Shown: positions 35,198-45,698 of the stretch, piece by piece
Numbering within the stretch: the first letter of the stretch is position 1
Layout of the letters: every line of letters begins with the position of its first letter
Assembly: GCA_043228905.1 (NCBI GenBank)
Contig: JBHGNT010000020.1
Coordinates: 1,054,001-1,118,000, forward strand
Direction: 5' to 3'
Length of the DNA stretch: 64,000 nucleotides
From: Azolla caroliniana
Lineage: Eukaryota > Plantae > Polypodiophyta
Translations under genes and position numbers: made by a program
The notes under the pieces: model-generated
What the model was told of the DNA's origin: nothing
Seen by the model: the letters and a program-made list of their open reading frames with translations, nothing else
Database searches by the model: none

Positions 35198-35860
35198 TAA
35201 ATAACATAAATGAACCATGTTAATGAAACACACATTAAAAGATATTGATAAGCATCTTGCCCCATCCACCTTATGGTTAACGACTATTCGGTCAAACCAA
35301 TTTAACTATTCAAGAAGGGGATACATAATTATAATTCGTAATCTTTGAAGTTAGACGACATCAAAAGTTCATAGGATCCTAAACAAGATGATCACCTTCA
35401 CAGTAGTGCGCTTGAACCTCAACTATATATTCTCATTTTCAATCTATAGATGTAATCAAACTAATAATATATATCATGACCAATATTCGTCATTTTTATC
35501 ACCACTCCAAGTTGCGATTGAACCACCACGCTTATGGTTAGCAACCATGCACTCTAACCAAGTGAGTTAGTAATGAAATGTGACACTCTAACTAACGTGA
35601 TTGATATTGGTAACCAATTGAACCATTCACCTTGTGCTAAACAACCATCTGGTCAAACCAATTGAACTATTCAAGAAAAGGAACCCTACCTCTAATTGTT
35701 AAACCTTGAGCTTCAATGACATCATTAGTTTATAGGATCCTAAACAATATGATCATCTTCACAAAAGTGGGCTTGAACATCAACTAAACCATACACTCTA
35801 ACCTAGTGAGGTATTGAAGCAATGTAATGTAATTTACTTTATTGATACTGGTAACCACCT

Positions 35861-37567
35861 CCTTCGGGGAGATGAAATGTAAGTTGGCCTTTACCTAATC
35901 CTTGCTTTACTCCATTATTTCCAAATCTAATAGTTATTGGATTTTTTAGGGGTGTGTACCTTTGAAACCAATCCAATCGATGTGTGAGATGATTCGTTGC
36001 TCCGGTGTCGAGGTACCATTTGTCATCCTTCTTTCTTGGTGTGTCCGGGGTAAGTGCTTCAGCCACGAACGCTTCAATCAAGTCGTTTTAGTCTTCTTCT
36101 TTGTATTCGTCCTTTTCTTCCATTGAAGCGGCATAAACCTCTTCTTCTTCAAATTCCTCTACAATGTGCGCTTGTGATCAACAAATGTTGCTTGGAAATC
36201 TTCGAATCTTTTGTTTTCCTTTACATTCTTGTGGTGAGTGGTAGCAAATGTTGCAATAAGAATTAGTGAACTTCATTCCTCCTTTATTCATAGGTGCATT
36301 AATCCATTAGACCTTGAAAACCTTGTATCTTTGTGGTGTTTTGTAATGAGGTTGATAGGCTGCCATAGTGATTGCTTGTGTCGATGTGTTTTCTTCTCTT
36401 GTCTTTCTCATCGAGTCATCTTATCTTATGTCTCCCATGAGTTCTTCCACAATGGCTTGTTTATTTAAATTTGTGTAGTTACGAAGGATGACCAAGAAGA
36501 CGGTAAAGCACCTAATAATATGTTAGGATTTCAGTCCCTCCGGATGGGATGACGAGTACCCGGCAAGGAAGACCCGGTGAGAACCGGATGATGCAGGCCC
36601 GGTGAGAACCTCTCACCGGATGAAGGGACATATATGGAAATATGTTTCTGAGAGCCCATTGGGGCTATATCTATAAATAGTCCTAATGTCATATTAGTAT
36701 AAATATGACCTAGGGCAAATAGAGTAAATAGAGTCATTACTATGTATAGTGTTATCTGTGTAATTGTTGTATAGAGTGTAGCAAAGAGAGAGAGAGCGAT
36801 ACAGAGCGTGTCTCTGTTGTAACCACCGCCAGGCGAAGATCGAGAGCACGAGGTCGCTGCCTCTATGCTCTTCCTGTTGTATTCTTCTTACATAGTGATA
36901 GTTTGGAGCCTGTGGGCTCCCATGGTTTTTCCCTCTCAGGGTTTTCCACGTTAACATATTGTGTACCCTCTCTCATATTGTCTGTGTAAATGTGCATTTA
37001 CCCTCATTGCCCATTTCTTCTGTGTTTGTGATTCAAACGAAGTGATTGAAGTCTCGGTTGTGGCCGAGCATTATTCCGCGTATTCCTAATATAATAAACA
37101 TCTTTGTAGTTTGTTGGAAACGTCCAAACTAGATGTGATTGTATCATCCAATTTCTTTTCCCATGTGGTTACAAAGTTATCTACATCTTCTTCTTCTTTC
37201 ATTGTTAATGTGACATATACACGTATTGTGTGCACTTGTACTACATCAGTCCTTGGTTCGTATTGTGTCTTAAATTTCCCTCAAATTTGATGCGAAGTTT
37301 GTAGCTTTCTAATTGCTTCTCGTTGAAAATCTGATATATGTGCTAGCAATTCCATCTTTTCCACAAGGTTTTTCTCCTCCCAAATAATTTGATCAGGTCC
37401 AGCGGCAACAAGTTTTGTTGATGATCCTGACACTACATCCAAAGTTTGTAGTGTTGGAATAATAATTCAAGTCGAGCACTCCAAATGTGATAGTTTTGCT
37501 TTCTTAACTCCACTAATGAAATTTTATGTGTGTTTAGAATGTTTGCAGGAATTGAGGATTGTGCCAT
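35861..37567 (-). pseudogene. Degenerate Copia gag-protease fragment (copy 1 of a duplicated block)
   Basis: Gag start MAQSSIP...NYHIWSARLELLF and protease WYLDTGATNH. Paralogous to 44310-44935 plus 52774-53236. Confidence 0.85.
36521..37091 (+). mobile_element. Solo LTR (Copia, same LTR group as 22012-22791)
   Basis: TGTTAGGA...TCCTAATA ends; TSD TAATA at 36516-36520 and 37092-37096; absent from the paralogous copy at ~44930. Confidence 0.92.
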
Positions 37568-37599
37568 TTCTTGAGCGGACAACCTCAACCAAATCCAGA

Positions 37600-38140
37600 T
37601 CGGTTGAATAAGCCAGAGCCGGTTCGATATCCAAAAACCAGGGAACCGGATCATACTCCGGAATAGTGTGAACCGGTAGGCCATTAGAGGCCTACGGTCT
37701 AAGCCTAGTACGTAGGCATAGTCCTTGGAGTTCGTATAGAGGCTCATTTATGAGCATCCAAGTACTTATGGTACTTGTGTTAGTCCGTGTAAGGACTTGT
37801 ATAAAAGTTTTCTCTGAGCACACTCGATGTACACAAAGTATTATTTTGAAATGAAGTTTTGGTATTCTTCTCTCTCCCGTGTATGTGTGTTTAAGGTCTT
37901 CATTAAACCTTTATCTCTGTTTCTATGGTCTTCATTAAACCTTTTCTTAGCTTCCTCACGCTATCTTTTACATGGTATCAGAGCGCGGGTGAGAAATCCT
38001 GTACTGCAAACATAAACCTAATTTCCGGTAAAAGAAACAAAGAAGAAGAATAGAATGGACCGAGGAATGGCTAGCTCACTCTCGACGGAGAAGCTCGACA
38101 GATCCAACTACGCATCTTGGTCGTACAAGATGCACCAATT
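37600..38140 (+). mobile_element. Copia 5' end remnant (LTR part, tRNA-iMet PBS, gag start)
   Basis: ...TTTTACA followed by TGGTATCAGAGC (37972-37983), then MDRGMASSLSTEKLDRSNYASWSYKMHQ. Paralogous to ~53245-53820. Confidence 0.85.
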
Positions 38141-38298
38141 ATAGGTACGTTAGGTACGGTATGGATACCATATGTATATAACGTATTGTTCCAAGAGGTA
38201 TTCAAGAAAGGTATCCATAATTATAATTGGTAAACCTTCAACTTAGATAACATCAATAATAGGATCCTAAACCACACGATCATCTTTACAATAGTTGG

Positions 38299-38434
38299 CT
38301 TGAATATTGGTGCCAATTGGGAGAAGTCGTCAATGATGAAGTGGATTCGATCCTCAATACCATAGACTTTGGCATTGTTGCGTGTGTACTCGATCTTGCT
38401 CAAGTCGATATCTATGGCTATCACATGTAAGTTC
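38299..38434 (-). pseudogene. TGS1: Isolated exon-sized fragment of trimethylguanosine synthase (RNA cap methyltransferase)
   Basis: Translates as HVIAIDIDLSKIEYTRNNAKVYGIEDRIHFIIDDFSQLAPIFK, matching the TGS1 segment VIAIDID..KI..A.HNA..YGV.D.I.FI.GDF. Preceded by a TTTCAG splice acceptor. Confidence 0.7.
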
Positions 38435-38638
38435 CTGAAAATACCAATTTATGTGAAACATCATCAAACCCTAGCTTTAGTGACAAAAACAAGCATCATG
38501 ATCAAACCATAGCTTTAACTTTCCAATCGGGCTCAAAGCTTTGGAAGTTTGTATCCTGCTCGAAAATTCGTCACCACCTGGTACATACAACAATCAACTG
38601 AAATGACAGAGCATTAGGTCATCCTCTGAGATCTCCTC

Positions 38639-38990
38639 ATGCAAAACTTTGCCCATCAAAATTCAGCCCAAACGGCGTTGCAACAACTCGAAACGTTGCA
38701 GCAGCAATCACACGAACCCGTGGGCCAATTTGGTGTTCGCCTCAATCAACTCCTCGTTCGCGTTGACCCTACCATGCCCGAGCATGTGAAACTTTTCTTC
38801 TTATGGCCCCATTTGCGCCATGAAATCACTCATCGCGCTCGGGACCAAGGTGTCATTCAACGACGCAATCCTCATTGCCCAATGCATCGAAGTTTGTACG
38901 TTATCCGACTCCCAAACACGTTGGCCCCATGATGTGGCGACGTAACAACCAAACCATGTCCCTGACTGCAAATGTCGGTGCAACCAAGCG
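38639..38990 (+). pseudogene. Gypsy gag fragment
   Basis: ALQQLETLQQQSHEPVGQF..RLNQLL...MPEHVKLFF resembles the retrotransposon gag capsid region. Confidence 0.55.
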
Positions 38991-41900
38991 ATGTCAGTCC
39001 ACCTGATCTTTACATTGGTCTCTAGAGACACTAAGCTCTAGGGAGAGGTAACATTGGACATCGTGTAAAGTGTGGGCATGCATCTCTGCCAAAGGATTGA
39101 CTGAAGTTGAAGGTATGGAAATGCTGAAACGGGGATTAAATACATAGTTTGAAAAGAAGGGGGAAACCTTAGTCGAAGCATGGATACTATTATTGTAGGC
39201 AAAATCCGTCATTGCAAGGAAGTCCACCCAATCCTCTTGTTGGTAGATCATGATACACTAGAGGTATTGTTCAAGGATTTGGTTGACTCGTTCGGTTTTT
39301 TCCATCAGTTTACAGAAGTCCGAATGTCTACAAAAGTCGTCGCCAAAAGTGGGAAATGAATTGAGAACCTCAATCAGAGGTGATATCCTCGGGTAAGCCA
39401 TGTAATCGAACAACATTTTTAAGAAAAAAGTCAGTTGTATCTTCTTTGGAAATGGTTTTGGAACATGGAACAAAGTGAGCCATCTTCGAAAATCGATTGA
39501 AAATTACGAGCACCATGTCATGGCCACCGACCAGAGGGAGGACACTTATAAAGTTTATGGATAGAGAGGCCCATGGTCGACTTGGAATTGGGAGTGGGTG
39601 GAGAAGATCGTATGGCCGATGGTGAGCCGTTTTGGACCGAGCACATACATCACATGTCTTCATAAATTCCTTGACAAATTTCCAAGGTTGGGGCCACCAA
39701 AACCCCCAAGATAGTAACTCCAGGGTTTTCGTATCCCCAAAGTGTCCGGCAAGAGGATCATCATGACAATGTTGTAGTATCCATGTACGACACGATCCTT
39801 CGGAAACGTACAGGAGATGATAACAATATAGTAACCCATCCCAAGTTGTAAATGGGTTGAGATATGAGCTTTTCATGTCCGTGGATGGGTCATTGATGTG
39901 GGCCATGATGTCTTTCGCGAATGGGTCTGACATGGTTGTCGTGGCGATCTCGTTGAGCAAAGAATCATCATGCAACATGCAAGTGGCGAACATCTGAAGT
40001 TGATCGGGCCTCAACATACAATGGGATTGTTGCGAATATGCGTCATCTCCTGGGCGCAATGCGAAATCAAGTCGTCGAGAAAGGGCATAAGCTCTCCCAT
40101 GTTGAACTCCGGGTCGAAACAAGATCTCGAAGTTGTAGTCGGCAAGAAAAGATGACCATAGGGCTTGACTCTAATTCAATGTACGACTGGTGGTGACATA
40201 AATTAGATTTTTGTGGTCGGTCAGCACCTGGATACGAGCTCCAATGGCAAAGTTGGAGGCATCGGTTTCAACTTGGAAGGGCCTTGTGGGGTCGGGGTGA
40301 ACCTACACTAGGGCTATGAGAAAAGCTGCCTTGAGGGCATCAAAAGCTATTTGCGTTGTTGAGGTCCAAAGAAATGGAGTATCTTTTCTAGTAAAGATGA
40401 TTCGAGGAAAAATCATTGATAAATTGTCGATAGAAATTTGCAAAACCAAGAAATGATTGTACCTCTTTCAACCGAGTAGGGACAAGCCAATCCGTGATTG
40501 TCGCTACCTTGCGTGCATCCATTGTGATCCCAAAGGGTGAAATCACATAGCCTAGGAATTCGATAGAGGTTTGATCGAATTCACATTTCTCACTTTTGGC
40601 ATAAAGCCCATGTTGCCGAAGTTTGGATAGAACCAGGCAAACGTGTTGTGTGTGCTCCGATGTGTTGGAAGAAAAAACTAGAATGTCATCAAGGTAGATC
40701 ACCACGAAGTGATTGAGATACTCACGAAATATATTGTTCATCATATGTTGGAAGACTGTGAGGGGGGGGTTGGTGAGACCGAAAGACATCACCTTGTACT
40801 CGAAATGTCCATAGCGTGTTTGGAAGGTTGTTTTCCACTCCTCTCCGGACTTGATACGCACTAGATTATAGGCTCCTTGAAGGTCGATTTTGGAGAAGAT
40901 ATGCCTGGTTCGAAGTCAGTCGAGGAGTGTTGGAATTAAAGGCAATGGATAATGATTACGTACCGTAATTTTGTTGAGACCCCAGTAATCCACTCATAGT
41001 CGTAATGAGTTGTCCTTCTTTTTGACAAATAAGATTGGGGCCCCAACCGGTGATTTGGAGGGCTGAATGAAGCCCTTGGCAAGCTTTTCATCCAGATATG
41101 TGCGAAGAGACTCAAGTTTAGGTTCGGATATCCCATAGATGGGCCCAAATGGTGGATGTGCACCATCTTGGAGTTTGATTGGGCAATCATAGGGGCGATG
41201 TGTCGTTACTGGTCTGCATTTCGCTTTTTGTACACATCCAAAAAGTTGCTATATCTTGCGGGCAAATTGGTGACAGGAACAGAGACGTCCTGTGACACAA
41301 CGGCCACAAACGCGACCAAGCTAGAATTGGACATAACGGAATCAGCAGTGTCAAAGACTGAGTTGAAATCAGCAGAATGTGCACCCAAGCTGAAAGCAAC
41401 CCTCACACAAGTAACATGGTGGGGAGTCGTGACCCACGTTGGTGTTTGTGGAAAAATGATGGAGCAGTTGCACCAATCCACCGTCGGATTATGTGTTTCC
41501 AACCAAGAGAGCCCTAAAACAATCAGATGTCGAGGGGTTGCAATGAGGTAGAATGTTAATACCTCCTGGTGGAATCCGACTTGAAATATCAACAGGACAG
41601 TGGCTTCGGTAACCGCCCCCGAAGAGAGAACCCATCCGTCGATATCTTCAACAAATATGGGTTGTGTTGTGCGGACGGTGGTGATTTTATGTGTTCAGAC
41701 GAAACCGATATCGATGAAACAAGTAAATGCACCAGAATTGAGCAAGGCATGGGATTGTATTGAAGTAGACCCAAAACAAAGACTTACTTGCAAAGTAAAA
41801 CCTCCTACTGGCGTGGCTGAATTGTAGGAGCACGGAGAAGTAGGGTAACCTGTTGACGAGAAACCTCCGCAAGACATGCATGGTGGGATTGATGATGAGG

Positions 41901-42837
41901 TCCGCGCACCGGGCATTGGCAGATGACATGGGCGGAGGTACCACAATAGAGATAGAGGCCATTGTCACGTTGATGTTGTCGTTGGGCATCGATTAATGGT
42001 TGGAACCGAGCATGGTCGATCTCCATTCAGGTATGGGAGTCTACCTCCATCAGGGTATGAGTATCGTTGGAGGATGTCAATCATGGCGTGCTTGGTGAAA
42101 CTGATATATATGGCCTTGTGAGTGGAGCATTGCGGGAGTAAGACGGGAAGCCTCGAGTTCCCCATTCCTCCTATCGAAGCTCAAAAAGATGAGTATCACA
42201 TTGAACGGCTTCCGAGATTACCTAAGACAACGATGTGGGCTCCCAAAAGTTTAAGAGAAGAGTTTTGACATTGTTTCGGAGGCCTCGGCGAAACTGGTCG
42301 CATAAGGCTTGGTCATCCCAACTGACATCGCACACGATCTGACGAAACTCTGAAGCATAGACGAGAGCCTTGTTGTAAGGAATAGAGCTTCATGAGAGCC
42401 ATTCGTACCCAGTTTGTCTCTCAGAATGTGGCTTCAAGCTCCCCAAGGAAGGCAGAAAAGTTTTCTCAAAGTGGGGATGAGGTCTCGATCAATGGTGGAA
42501 ACCACGCTTCTGCTAGCCAAGAGAGAGGAGTGCCAACGAGGCCGACCCTAGGTAGGCTGACACTAGGTTCGAGGACATATGAATGGGAAGAGGAAGACGT
42601 TGGGCTACGTGATGACGGGTGGTGAGGCTCGACGAGTGGGAGGTTGTTGGATGTGCCATTTTAAAGCTCTCGTAATGATTGACGAAAGCTTTCATTTTCT
42701 AGTTGAAGTTGTTCCAAGACTGACATTACTTGGCTTAACTTGTTCACCAAGTCATACATGGTAATAAGAAGAGGAAGGTGAACAAACTGTCATGGACGAG
42801 TAGACAAGGCCACGGACAAGTAGACGAGGCTAAATAC

Positions 42838-42886
<49 letters not shown>

Positions 42887-43256
42887 ATACACAAGAGAGC
42901 ATAGACAAAAAGAGCAAGAAAGAGAGAGAGGAAGTGGACAAGAGGGCGAGAACTGAATTATGCTTTCTTAATTGGTATTGTTCACCTTGATTGTAATCCA
43001 GGTGCACGCGAGTATTTATACAAGAATGTGGAGATATGCATGTAAGCTAGGAAACATCTAAAGACTGCATGGAAACTTCTAGAGAGTGCATGAAGATGCA
43101 TTCTCTAGAAGTTTCTTGAAAGTTCTAGTGATTAACCTACAATGTAATAAGTTGAATCTTATACAATACAATAATGCATAAATGGATGTAGTTCAACTGG
43201 TAAGGTTGCCCAATAAGATTAGGAGGTCATGGGTTCAACCCTCCTACATTCCATCA
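38990..43256 (-). mobile_element. Element G: 3'-truncated, degenerate Tcn1-like Gypsy with 5' LTR 42788-43256
   Basis: Fragments of gag (MEIDHARF...LYCG), protease (ALLNSGA), RT (FQTRYGHFEY..YLDDIL) and integrase (HDDPLAGHFG..CDVC). LTR reads TGATGG...ATGACA on the minus strand and contains a (GA)n tract. Self-complementary PBS. Confidence 0.88.
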
Positions 43257-45698
43257 TGTTCATGTGCGTCTCTGTATTCGACAAAAATTGCTTTTCTATC
43301 TCTTTGTTCTAACTTGGATCGTTTTTCAGCAGGAACGAAGGTGTATATGCACGAAAACCAAATATTTTAAGATCCTGCGTGTTTGGTTTTACTCCAAACC
43401 ATAACTCGTACAATGTGATTAACCCAAGTGTTTGATGATAGTTATGATTTTGGAGGTAACATGTTGTTGAGACAACTTCTTCCCAAAATGAAGGCAGAAG
43501 TGACACTAGGCTAAGCATTCTTCGGGCCGAATTAAGGAGAGTTCCATTCTTTCGTTCGGCTAGGCCATTTGGTTGTGGTGTTGAAGGAACAAAAATTTAT
43601 TGTAAAATTCCATGATCTTTGTAAAATATTGTGAACTTGCTAGATGTATATTCTCCCCCTCCGTCAAATTGTAGACATTTCAATTGTACATTTAGTTGCT
43701 TTTCTATTAGTAATTTTTAGTTTGTAAAAGCAATGAAATCTTGGTCTTTGCTTTTGAGGAATGTTAGTATCATAAACCTTGTGTAATCATCGATGAAACC
43801 AATGAAATATTTTGATTTTAAAAGTGATTGAGTAGGGAATCGACCACATATGTCACTATGGACGAGTTCAAGAGGTCAACTTCTTCATGAATTACTTGTA
43901 GGAAACTTTGATGATGTCATTTTGTCGAACAAGCACGTGTCACATAAATCAATTTTGCAAAACATATACTTTGGGACTTCTTGAGAGAGCTTGTGAGTTT
44001 GGAGTGTTCGCATAGCGGCAAGTTGTGGATGTTCGAGTCGGTAGTGTCAAGTAAGGTTAGTTCCTATTGTCTTCAGATTTTGATTGCATGAACTTCGATT
44101 TTTTATTGGGTTATTGGATGGACACTAATTGGATATAACCTTCCTTGTCTTTTGCAAGAAGTTTGTATTGTGAGGCCATTTCCGAGAAAATGACGAATCA
44201 CGGCTTAGTTATGATGGAACTCGATGATGGTTCCATTCGAAGTTGCTTGACTTGTTGAGAGGAGGTTCATGGTAATGTATGGCACGTGATACACATTATT
44301 AATGGCTAAGTGCCCTCCTCCGGAGAGATGAAATGTAAGTTGGCCTTTACCTAATGCTTGCTTTACTCCATTACTTCCAAATCCAATCGAGGTGTGAGAT
44401 GATTCGTTGCTCCGGTGTCGAGGTACCATTTATCATCCTTCTTTCTTGGTGTATCCGGGGTAAGTGCTTCAGCCACGAAAGCTTGCATCAAGTCGTTGTA
44501 GTCTTCTTCTCTGTATTCGTCCCTTTCTTCCATTGAAGCGGCATAAACCTCCTCTTCTTCAAATTCCTCTACAATGTGCACTTGTGGTCGACAAATGTTG
44601 CTTGGAAATCTTCGAATCTTTTGTTTTCCTTTACATTCTTGTGGTGAGTGGCATCAAATGTTGCAATAAGACTTAGTGAACTTCATTCCTCCTTTATTCA
44701 TAGGTGCATTAATCCATTGGACCTTGAAAAACTTGTATCTTTGTGGTGTTTTGTAATGAGGTCGATAGGCTGCCATAGTGATTGCTTGTGTCGATGTGTT
44801 TTCTTCTCTTGTCTTTCTCATTGAGTCATCTTGTCTTATGTCTCCCATGAGGTCTTCCACAATGGCTTGTTTATTTAAATTTTGTGTAGTTACAAAGGAT
44901 GACCAAGAAGAGGGTAAAGCACCTAATAATAAACAAACACCGGGTCATTTCAAACAGGTAATATGTCGTATTCTCTTTTGGCATAGTTGGCCAGATGTAG
45001 AAAAGTACCCTATTTTAGCCGGATATCGAAAATATACGATGCATGCATACCCCTTTTGCGACTTGATGGTTAAATATAGAACAAAAAAAACCTAGCAATT
45101 ACTAAATTGTATATGTGTCCACATTCGTGTCAATTTGCATATCATGGAGCACAATTGAAGACTTGGTTCAATATAAAGTTCTAAAATTGGTATCCATATT
45201 CAAATTGTAGAGTAAAACTACATAAACCGTAATTATAAATATGTGGTTTTGGGTTTAGGAATAAAGTAGTACCCCACTTGTTGGACGGGTATATCGATAG
45301 TTTCATTGTATAATGTCATATAGTTCATGACAATGTAATTGGTAAGAGTAACAATTACGTACGACATTCATTTATACTATGTGGAACCAGTAGACTTGAA
45401 CCGTAGGTAACTAAAAACCTCTTATTATCAAAAACATTCGCCTTTTCATATATAGTCATGCTAACAGAAATGAGAAATTACAATATCATGTTAATATCTC
45501 AAACTGAAGAAGAGCATGGTGACCAATTATATGTAAATACAAACAACGGTTCCAATAATGATTAAAAAGGGAAATTATGAACATGTGAATTTAATTAAAC
45601 GATAAACAATTACAGATGTTCTCATATACAAATATAATATGAAGTGATGGTGAACATTATGCCTCAAAATCCTCAATTTTTACATTACGCCATCTACA

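Larger units (their letters stand above)
24810..35860 (-). repeat. tRNA-Asn-derived satellite, ~0.9-1.0-kb higher-order unit (~4.5 units), interrupted by Copia elements E and D
   Basis: The landmark ATATATCATGACCAAT recurs at ~24820, 25812, 28148, 29110 and 35470. Each unit has one full-length and several partial copies of CCTTATGGTTAA..GCCATACGCTCTAACCAACTGAGCTA, the reverse complement of the tRNA D and anticodon arms. Confidence 0.92.
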
